64,000 nt of DNA from a virus (Duplodnaviria; Caudoviricetes), in the IMG/VR virus record IMGVR_UViG_3300042013_000067, positions 1 through 64,000 of that record; one strand, given 5' to 3'. The translations under genes were made by a program, and so were the position numbers. This document shows positions 37,240 through 47,648 of this stretch, in pieces (position 1 is the first letter of the stretch; each line of letters opens with the position of its first letter). The notes under the pieces are model-generated. The model was not told where the DNA came from. It did not search any database and saw only the letters and a list, made by a program, of their open reading frames with translations.

Positions 37240-38829
37240 ATGAGTTATTCATTCGGCGATAACACCCAGACCCGTGTTGAGCTGTTCATTATGGCCCAAA
37301 CCGGCTCTTACCAAGAGCAAACAATTCGCCCGTTCAAAACCAACTACTCCGATCGAGTGGTGCAACAGTTAACCGAAGCAACTCACGCCGGGCATCGCCT
37401 CGGTGTGGCAGCGGTAAACGCCATTGCTGCTGAAGTGATCCAGCCTTCGGCGAACATTGAAGGCTTCGTGGGTATTCCGGAAGGCTGGACCAGCCGCCGG
37501 TTCCGTTTCATCATGCGCGTAGTGGAAGTTCACCCGTTCATCCCGGACGAGAAGACCATCCGGATCTTCTTCGGTTACAGTGACCACAGTGATGTATCGC
37601 ACGGCGGTTTGCTGGATCCACTGACCCGGATCTACTTCAACTCCGAAACCACGATCCGTGATAAGATCGTAAATGGCATGAATGGTCCGGTGCGTCAGGC
37701 AATCGTAACAGCGGCCAACCAGATCATCACTCCAATGACGATCTTGAATGCCGGCAAGACTGGTAACATCATCAACACGCACATGATCCGTCCTGAAGAC
37801 GTGTTCAACATGCGTGAGACCGCCATCGTTTCGCACATGGCCGGTCAGAACATCGAAGGTGGCATCGACGTCACTTACGACACACGTGCGTTGTCAGGCG
37901 TGGGCAGCTTTCAGTTGTCTCGTCGCCGTGATACATCGCCGACGCGTTACGTCGCCGATACCTTGGGTTCTCTGCAACACGCGGTTCAAGAAAACCGCAT
38001 GATCCAGCAGGGTTACATCAACAATAACTCGCTCGGTCCAGTGGTGTTCTCCGAAGCCGGTGCCAAAGCATCTAACACCAGTATCGGTAGCGATCTGTTC
38101 TTGGCCAAGCTGCGTGACCACGCCGGTTATATGGAGCGTGGCTATGTGACCTTGGAAAACTTGATCGCATTGTTCCCCGAAGTGGGTAACTTCGATCAAG
38201 TCACTCGTTATGCACTGGATGATGGACGGAGTATCCGTCGCGTTACTCAAGCACATGAGTCCGAGCATTGGCAGGGCGCTGACAAGACCTCGATCGCAGC
38301 CAGCCTGATTGCTCAGGTGGTGCCAGCGATCATGATGGACAACTTCATCCGCAACATCAGCTTCTCAGTGACTAACTCGATGATCCCAGGGCAATACGCG
38401 CTGATTATCGATAAGAAGCTGACCCGCTCGATTGTTGATGAAGTCAACATGACGCAGTACATCCAAGAGTTCGAACGCCGTCTGTGTGTTGATGCACTGA
38501 ATTCTATTACCTTCGGTGGTAACATTCCGTTCAGCATTTCGGTGATGTCTGACTTGGCTGGTGATAGCATCATCAACATCAGTCTCGACAATAGGCCAAT
38601 GGCTCAATACATCGCCCCGACCTTCACAGACAGTTTGTTCTCGCCGATGGTATCGACTCAACTCGACGCGGCGAACAAAGTATCCAACGACATGATCCAG
38701 ATCGCCAGTGACGTACTGGACCTCGGTCAGTCAGGTGTCAACTTCAGTGTTGCGGCTCCAGCCCCAACAGTAATGAACCCGAATTTTGCAGGAGCTAGCA
38801 ACTATGCCGAAGACTTTGGACTTCTATAA
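37240..38829 (+). CDS. picA: PicA/Imp1 phage-nucleus import protein (phiKZ gp69-like)
   Basis: 529 aa directly after gp68-like gene; IP.GW..RRFRF, YFNS, IRPEDVF patterns. Confidence 0.7.
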   Translation: MSYSFGDNTQTRVELFIMAQTGSYQEQTIRPFKTNYSDRVVQQLTEATHAGHRLGVAAVNAIAAEVIQPSANIEGFVGIPEGWTSRRFRFIMRVVEVHPFIPDEKTIRIFFGYSDHSDVSHGGLLDPLTRIYFNSETTIRDKIVNGMNGPVRQAIVTAANQIITPMTILNAGKTGNIINTHMIRPEDVFNMRETAIVSHMAGQNIEGGIDVTYDTRALSGVGSFQLSRRRDTSPTRYVADTLGSLQHAVQENRMIQQGYINNNSLGPVVFSEAGAKASNTSIGSDLFLAKLRDHAGYMERGYVTLENLIALFPEVGNFDQVTRYALDDGRSIRRVTQAHESEHWQGADKTSIAASLIAQVVPAIMMDNFIRNISFSVTNSMIPGQYALIIDKKLTRSIVDEVNMTQYIQEFERRLCVDALNSITFGGNIPFSISVMSDLAGDSIINISLDNRPMAQYIAPTFTDSLFSPMVSTQLDAANKVSNDMIQIASDVLDLGQSGVNFSVAAPAPTVMNPNFAGASNYAEDFGLL

Positions 38830-40177
38830 ACAGGCCCTCCCATCGATGCGTTACAGCTTCGATAAAGAAGGACTCGTCAGTTACACCACAGCCACCGGCC
38901 AGCAGATGCCAGCCGAAGTCGATGGCAAACGGATTGTGCTGCCGACCGATGCCTGGTTGAAGAAGGGCTTCGGTGATACGTTCTTGGGTTGGCACCCACT
39001 GTCTGAAACCATGGCGCGTCGTGGTACGTCGCCGATCATGCAACACATGCAACGCAATGCGCGGGCACAGCTGAGCTTCACTTACATCTACTTGGCTCAA
39101 CAACTGCTGCGTGTTGCAGCAGATCGCGAGCTGCACAAGGAACTGCCGGTCACTGATGACTGCAATGAGTTCCTCAAGAAGATGCAGTTGGCTGACGATA
39201 AGTTGGTCAAGGTGTTCGACAAGCTGATCCAAGCGGCCAGCGAGAAGAAACGCCTGATCACCCTCTACCTGAAGAACGGTGGGACGTACGAAGGCAAGAA
39301 GGTCAATCGGTTGGCGGTGATCCGCTTCCCGTTGATCGAACTGCTGGAGACCGAGGACAACAAAGTCTTGGGTGTTGAGGTCAAGCCTAAGCAGCGTCAG
39401 GTGTTGTTGACACTGCTGCGCACCATCTTGCCTAACGGTGATGACCCTGAGCAATACAGCGCAGGTTCGAACAACCGCATCGCACCGTACTTCCATGCGT
39501 TCATGCAGGCCTATCGCAAGGTGATCGTTCAACTGAACAAGATCATCACGCGTTACGGTCAGCCCATGGCACTGCCGGTCAAAGCGTTCCCGGTGTTCGA
39601 TGAAGAATACTTGGGTATGTTCGGCGATATCTACGACGAGATCCCATCGCTCGAAGGTAACGACGGCGGCGTGCAGGAAGTTGAAGAGGAGGATGAAGTA
39701 GCTCCGGTGAAGAAGACAACCCAGCGGGTCGAGGTGGCGGCACAACCAACCCAAGGCATTCAGGTAGTCCAATCACCAGCGGCACAAGGCGTGCACACCA
39801 GCACACCAATGCGTCAAGCCGCGGCACGGGTTGTAGAAGAAGACACCATCGACTTCGAAACCCTGAAGCAACACATGCTCCAACCGCAACAAGCGGCCAT
39901 GATGGGTGCAGGTTACCCTAACATGGCCGTTGGTGGTGTTGGCGTGGCCCCTCAAGGTCATGTGGTGATGCCATGGCAGCCTCAAGCTGCGGCACCACAA
40001 GCATACAACCCGTTTGCTGCTGTGGTTGCATCGCGTCAGATGGAAACAACCATGCCGCTCAGCAACCCTTATGGTAGCGGGGCGTATGGCATGGGTGTCA
40101 GTACTGGTATGGGCTCCACCATTACCCCAGGTATCGGTGGGTATCAAACAGGCATGGCAGCGCAATCCTTGCTGTAA
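38804..40177 (+). CDS. conserved Chimalliviridae protein (phiKZ gp70-like) with low-complexity C-terminus
   Basis: GGAG RBS before ATG 38804; synteny. Confidence 0.65.
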   Translation: MPKTLDFYKQALPSMRYSFDKEGLVSYTTATGQQMPAEVDGKRIVLPTDAWLKKGFGDTFLGWHPLSETMARRGTSPIMQHMQRNARAQLSFTYIYLAQQLLRVAADRELHKELPVTDDCNEFLKKMQLADDKLVKVFDKLIQAASEKKRLITLYLKNGGTYEGKKVNRLAVIRFPLIELLETEDNKVLGVEVKPKQRQVLLTLLRTILPNGDDPEQYSAGSNNRIAPYFHAFMQAYRKVIVQLNKIITRYGQPMALPVKAFPVFDEEYLGMFGDIYDEIPSLEGNDGGVQEVEEEDEVAPVKKTTQRVEVAAQPTQGIQVVQSPAAQGVHTSTPMRQAAARVVEEDTIDFETLKQHMLQPQQAAMMGAGYPNMAVGGVGVAPQGHVVMPWQPQAAAPQAYNPFAAVVASRQMETTMPLSNPYGSGAYGMGVSTGMGSTITPGIGGYQTGMAAQSLL

Positions 40178-40180
40178 TGC

Positions 40181-40227
40181 GGCATAAAAGCAGGGCTCTT
40201 ACGGGCCCTGCTTTTCTATTCTTTTTT
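40181..40227. terminator. CATA-hairpin-T tract between convergent genes
   Basis: GGCATAAAAGCAGGGCTC-TTAC-GGGCCCTGCTTTT. Confidence 0.75.
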
Positions 40228-40578
40228 GCCGAGGTACAGAGTACGTATGGTTTCCAGCAATCCACTGTCAGGGAACAGAAGAATCCGCCCTGCTGTGGGT
40301 GTCGCTAGCTCTATACGCTTACGCCCGAATTCATTGGGATTGTGCATCCCGTTCATCCGCATGATGATCCAGTGAATATCGTGCGACTGACCTATACTGG
40401 CCAGATAACCAAACAGGTTGCCCTCAAACTGGTACAACGAGTTGGCTTCAACCTGATGCTGTTTAGGGTTAGTAAAGCGAAGGATGTTTAAATGAGATTC
40501 GATCTGGTCACGAAAGGCCTGCACATAAAAGATCGGGTCTCCGGGATCCGCGAAGGACTCTGTTACCTTAAAGGCCAT
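40216..40578 (-). CDS. LysM-like / baseplate wedge (gp53-like) protein
   Basis: YQFEGNLFGYL....HWIIMRMNGMHNP pattern. Confidence 0.5.
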   Translation of the reverse strand: MAFKVTESFADPGDPIFYVQAFRDQIESHLNILRFTNPKQHQVEANSLYQFEGNLFGYLASIGQSHDIHWIIMRMNGMHNPNEFGRKRIELATPTAGRILLFPDSGLLETIRTLYLGKKE

Positions 40579-40607
40579 GGGGGATATCCCTCTAAAAGAA
40601 TTTGAAC

Positions 40608-40616
40608 CTATATCAT
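40608..40616 (+). promoter_or_regulatory. candidate early promoter of RNAP operon
   Basis: TTTGAAC-CTATATCAT. Confidence 0.65.
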
Positions 40617-40650
40617 GTTCGTAGATTCACATGACTAAGAGGCAGCAACG

Positions 40651-42774
40651 ATGCGTGAAATTGATCCTACCCTATTGGGTCAGCTCGCAACCGATCCGTT
40701 TTTCGGTACGGTGAGTGCAGCGCGGGGTGCGATGTACGCTTCCCATATCGGTCAAGCACCGATTATGGAAGAGAACGAACCCCGTCGTACGATGACGGGA
40801 GTGGAGCCCCACTACGCTAAGCACACCTTTGATATCCGCTTCCCAGTAAGTGCTACGGTGCTACATGTGATCCGTAAGTATCCGCCGGGATTGGGTATGG
40901 GTGCTGATGCAATCCGTCATAACCCTCTAACTACGATCATCTACGAGGACTACTACTGCCCATCCAAAACCATCGGCGTGATTCAGGTACCAGACTTTAA
41001 CAGTCTGCACCAGGATTTCGGTTACAAGTATCAACGCAATGAACGCCTGTGGGATCGAATCGTTCCAGGGGCTGACATCGAGAAAGGCGAGGTCCTGTGT
41101 AATTCCTCTGCAGTAAAAGCCAACGGTCTTTATGGCACCGGCATCTCGGCTGAAACTGTATTCTTGTCGGTACCGGGCACCATCGAGGACGGCTTTGAAT
41201 TCAGCGAAGAATTCCTAGAGCGAATGGCGCCAACTACCTATGGCAAGTTCATCGGTAGTGCTGGACAAAAGTCGATCCTGTTGAACTTGTATGGTGATGA
41301 CAAGATCTACAAGCCTTTCCCGGATATCGGCGAGCGTGTACGTGCTGATGGTCTGATCATGGCCATGCGGGATATCGACGAGAACCTCGCCCCAGCTGAG
41401 ATGACCGCGCGAGCATTGCGTACGGTGGACCACGCATTCGATCGTCGGATCTATGGCAAGCCAGGGGCTATCGTCAAGAACGTGACGGTGTATCGTGACA
41501 GCCGGGTCTTCCCAAGTAACGTGCCAATCGGCATGGATACCCAGCTTAACAAGTATTACCAAGCTGGCTGCCGTTATTACCAACAGCTGATGACTATCTA
41601 CGACGGCCTGCGTAAACGTCGTGGTAAGAAGCTGCGTATCACCGAAGAACTCAACCAACTCTTGGTGGAAGCGCAGATCTATCTGCCTACCCCAGATAGC
41701 CAGCGCAAGCTGACTCGGATGTATCGTCTGGACGTACTCGACGAATACCGGGTTGAAGTCACCACTGAAAACAAAATGATCCCAGACATGGGATTCAAAG
41801 CGACCGACTGTGTGGGTGGTAAAGGTGTAGTGTGCCGGACTCGTCCAGCGCATGAAATGCCATTGACCAAACATGGGGTTCGAGCTGACGTAGTCATCTA
41901 CGGTGGTTCGACGATACGCCGGTCTAACTTCGGCCGGTTCTATGAACAGTACTACAACGCGGCATCGCGTGATCTACTGTTCCGTCTACGTGAACAATGT
42001 GGCTTCTTGCCGCAGGTTCGCCCAACCAAACATCAACTACAGGAACTGAGCAAGAACCCCGACCTGATCCGCAGTGTGTTCGAGCAACTGCGCAGCTACT
42101 TCAAACTGTGGGCACCAATCCACAACGAACTGTTGGAGCCTGATGCTAACAACCCTGCAGAATACGTGCTGACGGTGCTCGAAGACAGTCAGCATAAGAA
42201 CCCAGGCATCACTGTGAATCTCCCCGTGGATAACCCGGTGGATATCTTGGATACGATTCGTCAAATCGAAGCCAGTGAGTTCACACCGCATTACGATACG
42301 GTTACCCTAACCGACAACGCAGGTAATGTCGTAGACACCGATTCGAAAGTGCTGTGTGGTGCATTGCAGATCTTCCTGCTGGAGAAGATCGGTGAAGACT
42401 GGTCGGGTGTGGCGTCAGCCAAGACCCAACAGTTTGGTTTGCCTGCGAAGATGGGCAGTGGTGATGCCAACCGTACACCGGGGCGAGAGAACCCGATGCG
42501 ATCGGCTGGTGAATCCGAAACCCGTTCCTACGTGGCGACCATTGGTGCATGGGCTACAAACGAATTGCTGGATCAAACCAACAACCCGTTGTCTCACCGC
42601 CAAGTGATCCGTTCGATCTTGCAAGCTGAGCACCCAACAGACATTCCGGTAGCAGTCCCACGGGACCAAGTGCCATATGGTGGTTCGCGACCAGTGTCGC
42701 TGATGAACCACTTGCTCGAAGTGCGCGGCGTGCGTTTCATTTACACACCTGATGACCATCGGGTTCTTCAATAA
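40651..42774 (+). CDS. non-virion RNAP beta C-terminal subunit (phiKZ gp71-73-like), uninterrupted
   Basis: R..MYASH, IEDG, GFKATDCVGGKGV, R.NFGRFYE, GESETR motifs. Confidence 0.88.
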   Translation: MREIDPTLLGQLATDPFFGTVSAARGAMYASHIGQAPIMEENEPRRTMTGVEPHYAKHTFDIRFPVSATVLHVIRKYPPGLGMGADAIRHNPLTTIIYEDYYCPSKTIGVIQVPDFNSLHQDFGYKYQRNERLWDRIVPGADIEKGEVLCNSSAVKANGLYGTGISAETVFLSVPGTIEDGFEFSEEFLERMAPTTYGKFIGSAGQKSILLNLYGDDKIYKPFPDIGERVRADGLIMAMRDIDENLAPAEMTARALRTVDHAFDRRIYGKPGAIVKNVTVYRDSRVFPSNVPIGMDTQLNKYYQAGCRYYQQLMTIYDGLRKRRGKKLRITEELNQLLVEAQIYLPTPDSQRKLTRMYRLDVLDEYRVEVTTENKMIPDMGFKATDCVGGKGVVCRTRPAHEMPLTKHGVRADVVIYGGSTIRRSNFGRFYEQYYNAASRDLLFRLREQCGFLPQVRPTKHQLQELSKNPDLIRSVFEQLRSYFKLWAPIHNELLEPDANNPAEYVLTVLEDSQHKNPGITVNLPVDNPVDILDTIRQIEASEFTPHYDTVTLTDNAGNVVDTDSKVLCGALQIFLLEKIGEDWSGVASAKTQQFGLPAKMGSGDANRTPGRENPMRSAGESETRSYVATIGAWATNELLDQTNNPLSHRQVIRSILQAEHPTDIPVAVPRDQVPYGGSRPVSLMNHLLEVRGVRFIYTPDDHRVLQ

Positions 42775-42791
42775 CTAGACGGAGTTGAGCC

Positions 42792-44768
42792 ATGGGTTGT
42801 TTTGTCGCACGGGATCTTCTGGCGATGCCAGAGGATGATCTTTGGAATATACCCCACGACGAATACCATAAGCTGATCTGCGCAGACGGAGAGATCGAGA
42901 TTGTTGGGGCTGACCTCATCAACTCGGTCTATCTGTGGTACCCGCTCATCGATTACCCAAATGCACCGATTGTTAAGCAGTATGTGCATGGCTCCGATAT
43001 GGAGTTCAAAAGTAATTCGAACCTTGTAGTGCTGAACACCCTCTTGTGGGGTGTACACAGCTTCTACGAAGAGCGGGTAGACCCAGAGATGATGGCTCTG
43101 GCGGCTATGCGTACGATGAACCGCTGGTACAACGTTATCACTGTCCGCTGCGCGGCTTCGGTGACCACCATGTCGATTCTTGACGTGTTGGAAGTAATGG
43201 ATCATCCTGAGATCAAGCAGGTCAACGCCACGGTGGAGCCTAACCGGCACTCCATCGAGGAAGTCGCTTATAAAACCATTGAGCGAGTGCTCAAAGATCC
43301 AAATGAATTACCGCTCAACCCGATCGCTATGGGTATTCGCTGTGGTACCCAGAAAGTCGATCAGGTCAAACAGTGCTTTGGCCCACGGGGTTACGTAACC
43401 GATATCAACTCAGACATCTTTGAGGAGCCGATCCTCAAGGGTTATGTAGAAGGCATCTGGGACCTGTACGGATCGATGATCGAATCCCGTTCGGGTACCA
43501 AAGCTCTGGCGTACAACAAAGAGCTACTGCGTAACACCGAGTACTTTAACCGGAAGACCCAGCTGATTGCACAGTACGTGCGTGGCTTGGCCGAAGGTGA
43601 TTGTGGCACGCCGTATTACCAAGACGTGCCCGTGATTAAGATCCTGCTGAAACAGATGGCAGGGAAGTACTACCTCAACGAGGAAACCAACAAACTCGAC
43701 TGGATCCGTGGCAACGAAGAACACTTGATCGGCAAGACCATTAAGATGCGGGGAGTGATGACCTGTACGCATCCGGGTGTCGGTATTATTTGTTCGGTTT
43801 GCTATGGGCGTCTGTCGTATTCCGTACCACGGGAAACTAACATCGGGCAGGTCTCGGCCGTACAAGTGGGTGATAAGATCACCTCCAACGTATTGTCGAC
43901 TAAACACACCGACGTAACGTCGCGTGTGGACCGGCTTCAGTTGTCTAAGGTTGAAGGTGACTACCTGCGTTATGGTAAGCAGGAGGAGGCGCTGTATATG
44001 CGCCAAGAACTGCAAGACCGTAACGTAAGGCTGGTGATCGATCGCAATGAAGCCTCGAACTTGGCAGACATCCTGATGCTCAAGGATCTGTCGGGTTATC
44101 CTGTCACAAACGCTACTGAACTGTCGCAGGTCCACATTCAAGTGGAAACCGCCGAAGGTACAGTGTCGGACATTCTGACGGTCTCGCTGTATAACCGTAA
44201 GTCGAGTCTGACTGTGGAAGCGCTGGAGTATCTGCGCAAACACAAGTGGGAGTACGACAGCCGTGGCAACATCGTAATCCAACTGAATGACTTCGATATC
44301 ACGAAGCCGATCTTGATCCTTCCGAACAAACACGTCAACATGTATGAGGTGATGAAGCGCATTCGTTCCTTCCTGCACTCGGGCAGTGACGACGGTGCCA
44401 AGTCCAAACTCGATCCGCTGGAATACTCGGGCAAGATCTACCTGAAGAACTTCAAGGACCCTACTACTGGGCTCTTGGTCTTCGCCAACATGCTCAACGA
44501 GAAGTTGAAGATCAACATCGTTCACTGCGAGATCTTGGTCTACGCTATGATGGTGCGTTCCGCCGTAAACCGCGACTACCGCCTGCCGAAACCCGGCATC
44601 AGTGGTGTATTCGAGAAGTACAATCGTTTGATGTTGAACCGCAGCCTATCGGGCGCCATGGCGTTCGAGAAGCAGCATGAACCGTTCAACAACCCAGCGT
44701 GCTACCTGACGCTGGATCGTGATGATCACCCGTATGACACTGTCCTGCTGGGTGGTAAAATGAACTAA
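42792..44768 (+). CDS. non-virion RNAP beta' C-terminal subunit (phiKZ gp74-like)
   Basis: GPRGYVTDI, DCGT, C..CSVCYG zinc site, VLSTKH. Confidence 0.88.
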   Translation: MGCFVARDLLAMPEDDLWNIPHDEYHKLICADGEIEIVGADLINSVYLWYPLIDYPNAPIVKQYVHGSDMEFKSNSNLVVLNTLLWGVHSFYEERVDPEMMALAAMRTMNRWYNVITVRCAASVTTMSILDVLEVMDHPEIKQVNATVEPNRHSIEEVAYKTIERVLKDPNELPLNPIAMGIRCGTQKVDQVKQCFGPRGYVTDINSDIFEEPILKGYVEGIWDLYGSMIESRSGTKALAYNKELLRNTEYFNRKTQLIAQYVRGLAEGDCGTPYYQDVPVIKILLKQMAGKYYLNEETNKLDWIRGNEEHLIGKTIKMRGVMTCTHPGVGIICSVCYGRLSYSVPRETNIGQVSAVQVGDKITSNVLSTKHTDVTSRVDRLQLSKVEGDYLRYGKQEEALYMRQELQDRNVRLVIDRNEASNLADILMLKDLSGYPVTNATELSQVHIQVETAEGTVSDILTVSLYNRKSSLTVEALEYLRKHKWEYDSRGNIVIQLNDFDITKPILILPNKHVNMYEVMKRIRSFLHSGSDDGAKSKLDPLEYSGKIYLKNFKDPTTGLLVFANMLNEKLKINIVHCEILVYAMMVRSAVNRDYRLPKPGISGVFEKYNRLMLNRSLSGAMAFEKQHEPFNNPACYLTLDRDDHPYDTVLLGGKMN

Positions 44769-44846
44769 CTACCTACAGGCCCGCCCTTAGGTAGTTACCT
44801 AGTGGACGGAGGTAGTGTGGGGGCTTTCGAGCCCCCATGCCTTAAG

Positions 44847-46361
44847 ATGTCAGTCAGCCTTAAGATTGAGAAGTACTCCCATGGCTGCCGCGTAACTGGG
44901 TTTGATGTAGATTCCTTGCACAAGACCACGCGGTTTTTGGAATCCCTTTCACTTAAGGAACCTCAACGCGTACAGAACCGCATGCAGATGGTGCTGAAGA
45001 AAAAGTACTACGGCATGACGGAGAACAAGCGCGAGCTATTTATTCACCGCAACAGTTTACCGGCGTATGTAAACCACTTGAGCGAGACGGGTTACCCAAC
45101 CGCCAAGATTGTGTACAAGGACATCCCAGTTCCACCGGCCGTAAATGCCGAATATCTCATCAACGAAAAATATGTCCTGCGGGACTACCAAATTCCGATC
45201 GTCACTGAACTAGCTGACGACACCTACTCACGCCGCTTAGACCTACAGACAGGTAAGGGCAAAACGTTTACCACCCTAGCAGCACTCGCTCGGATGGCTG
45301 TACGGGGAGTTGTAATGATCCCGCCAAAGTACTTCGGGATCTGGAAGACTGCGCTGGAGGAAACTTACAGCGACAGTACGAAGTATCGCATGGTCTCGGG
45401 CTCTGGAGAGCTCAAGCAGCTGATCATCGACGGATTGGATGGCAACATACACGAGGAGGTCGTAATCGTCTCCTGTGTGTCCTACAGGAGCTACATCGAC
45501 GCTTATGAAACCTACGGTGATAACATCGAGGCTTCGGGCTATATGGTACCACCACCACGCTTTCATGAAGCGATTGGTGCGGGCTGCCAGATCAACGATG
45601 AGTTCCAAGAAGACCCAGGCCTGTACTTCAGGATTGACGTGTACTCGAATGTCCTGAAAATGATCTACTTGTCTGCTACTCCTTATACGGGAAATCCGTA
45701 TGTAACCCGCATGATCGATGTGATGACTCCTGCAGAGACTCGCTGTACTCTACCGGAGTGGGATCGCTATATCGACGTCGTGTGGATTTACTACAGTGAT
45801 CCAACGGTTCAACCTAAGGATTATCTGACGCCATTCAAGAACACGTACAACCATGCGCGTTACGAAACCAAGATGCTGGAGAAGAAGAAGCGTCTTGAGT
45901 TCTACCACGCTTATGTACGACGTGCGGTTGAAGGGTTGTTCGTACGGGACATGCAGAAAGGCCAAAAGGCATTGATCTTGTGTTCGACAGTGAAGTTCAT
46001 TCATGTCTTGACCAAGTATTTGCAGAAAGAGTTTCCTGATCTGTCCATTGGCTTCCACGTTGCTGGTTGCGAATACAAGAAGCTGGTGACCTACGACATC
46101 ATCGTCTCCACACCTAAGTCGTGTGGTACCGGTGTTGACATCCCTAACCTGCGGGAAACTTTCCTGTTGGTGGGTACAGGTTCCGAGAAAGATGCGGTGC
46201 AGATCATGGGTCGTACTCGCCCTCTCAAGGGTTGGCCAGAACACACACCGCGCCTCAATGTGTTGGTGTGCAACAACATCCCGCAACATCTTCGCTACAT
46301 GACTGCCAACGAAGAGGTCTTTGCCAAGAAGGCAAGGTACCAACGCAAAGCACGACTCTGA
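44847..46361 (+). CDS. SF2 helicase (phiKZ gp75-like)
   Basis: LRDYQ, QTGKGKT, NDEFQ, LSATP, GTGVDIP, QIMGRTR. Confidence 0.85.
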   Translation: MSVSLKIEKYSHGCRVTGFDVDSLHKTTRFLESLSLKEPQRVQNRMQMVLKKKYYGMTENKRELFIHRNSLPAYVNHLSETGYPTAKIVYKDIPVPPAVNAEYLINEKYVLRDYQIPIVTELADDTYSRRLDLQTGKGKTFTTLAALARMAVRGVVMIPPKYFGIWKTALEETYSDSTKYRMVSGSGELKQLIIDGLDGNIHEEVVIVSCVSYRSYIDAYETYGDNIEASGYMVPPPRFHEAIGAGCQINDEFQEDPGLYFRIDVYSNVLKMIYLSATPYTGNPYVTRMIDVMTPAETRCTLPEWDRYIDVVWIYYSDPTVQPKDYLTPFKNTYNHARYETKMLEKKKRLEFYHAYVRRAVEGLFVRDMQKGQKALILCSTVKFIHVLTKYLQKEFPDLSIGFHVAGCEYKKLVTYDIIVSTPKSCGTGVDIPNLRETFLLVGTGSEKDAVQIMGRTRPLKGWPEHTPRLNVLVCNNIPQHLRYMTANEEVFAKKARYQRKARL

Positions 46362-46368
46362 GGTTTAC

Positions 46369-46617
46369 ATGGCAAAGTTCCGTAAGAAAGCGACTGTGGT
46401 AGATGGCGTCCAGTGGTTTAAGGATGGTGATCATCCAGCCGTGTTTATCCAGACAGAGGCCAGCCATGTATGGGTGCGTGGCCAAGCCTATGTGCATACC
46501 CACCTCGGTCAACAACTGGTGCGTCCGGGCGATTGGATCGTTACTGACATTGACGGCAAACACCGGCATTACTTTGATACGGCCTTCAAAGATCGTTACG
46601 AACCTGTAGTTGAATAA
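46369..46617 (+). CDS. small phage protein of the RKK...VQW...PGDWI...F...YE family
   Basis: GAGG RBS before ATG 46369; 82 aa. Confidence 0.65.
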   Translation: MAKFRKKATVVDGVQWFKDGDHPAVFIQTEASHVWVRGQAYVHTHLGQQLVRPGDWIVTDIDGKHRHYFDTAFKDRYEPVVE

Positions 46618-46624
46618 CGTTTAA

Positions 46625-46656
46625 CTCCTCTCCTTCGGGGGAGGAGACTTATGCCC
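46625..46656. terminator. hairpin-TATG element
   Basis: CTCCTCTCC-TTCG-GGGGAGGAG-ACTTATGCC. Confidence 0.6.
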
Positions 46657-46671
46657 GTCTAGGAGTTTACC

Positions 46672-47112
46672 ATGCTACACCTTTTTATCATGGATAATAC
46701 GCAGTCGCCCGACCCTGATAACTTCAAGAGTTACAGTGATTTGTTCCCGGATATCATCCCACTGGAACATCGGAGGGGTAGTTGTATCACCTGTGAGCTC
46801 AACCCTACCGAGCACTATAAGTGGTCGTACTTCCGTATCTCAGGGCAGAACGCCGAGCATGACAACCGGATCTATGTCGCCGGTCGGTTCGATTACGATA
46901 AGTTCCCACAGACCGAGGGTTTTGTGTCGGATGTATTATTGCCATTTATTAAGTTCGAGTTGCTAATGATGCGCCGCGCCTTCCGGAGCCAATTGGTCAA
47001 CCGCCTCGACCGGGGTAATGATTGCATTTATATCTACAGTGCCGACACATCGATCCTCAACGACGTAACCAGTAAAGCGTTCCGAGAGCAAGTTCTTAAA
47101 CCGGTGGTATAA
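46672..47112 (+). CDS. hypothetical protein
   Basis: 146 aa, AGGAG RBS. Confidence 0.6.
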   Translation: MLHLFIMDNTQSPDPDNFKSYSDLFPDIIPLEHRRGSCITCELNPTEHYKWSYFRISGQNAEHDNRIYVAGRFDYDKFPQTEGFVSDVLLPFIKFELLMMRRAFRSQLVNRLDRGNDCIYIYSADTSILNDVTSKAFREQVLKPVV

Positions 47113-47164
47113 CATGCTTAGCCACCATCCATGAAAAACCCAACGACGACAACGAGGTAAAGCT

Positions 47165-47638
47165 ATGATCCAGACCAACGCAGAAAAGCTGGCTCCGGTA
47201 TTGGCCAGCATGGAAACCATCAATAACCACCAATATCGCTTGGGTGTGGTTACCCAAGAAGATGATAAGCTTCTCGGTGAGCATTATTGCTTTATTGAAC
47301 GTCGTGTCGACACTGCCGAACAACCCTACGTACGCGATACGTTTGGTGAGTGGATGAACTTCTTGGAACTCAGTATCAAAACGGATGCTGAAGTTCCGGT
47401 TGAAACCGAACCATTCGGTATGCGCATTGCTACCGACACCCTGTTGAACCTGCTCTACGCTCCGTCAGTTATCGAAGAGCGTAACATTCTGCGCGGTGTC
47501 CTCGACATGATGGCCAGCCATGAATACGCTGTCTATGCTGTCGACATCGTCGGCCGTGATGATCACATCTGGGTCACACTGTCACTAACTAACCACGTCG
47601 ACGTTTACACCATCGACCTCACTGTCAATACCAAGTAA
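47165..47638 (+). CDS. hypothetical protein
   Basis: 157 aa, GAGG RBS. Confidence 0.65.
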   Translation: MIQTNAEKLAPVLASMETINNHQYRLGVVTQEDDKLLGEHYCFIERRVDTAEQPYVRDTFGEWMNFLELSIKTDAEVPVETEPFGMRIATDTLLNLLYAPSVIEERNILRGVLDMMASHEYAVYAVDIVGRDDHIWVTLSLTNHVDVYTIDLTVNTK

Positions 47639-47648
47639 GGAAAACACC

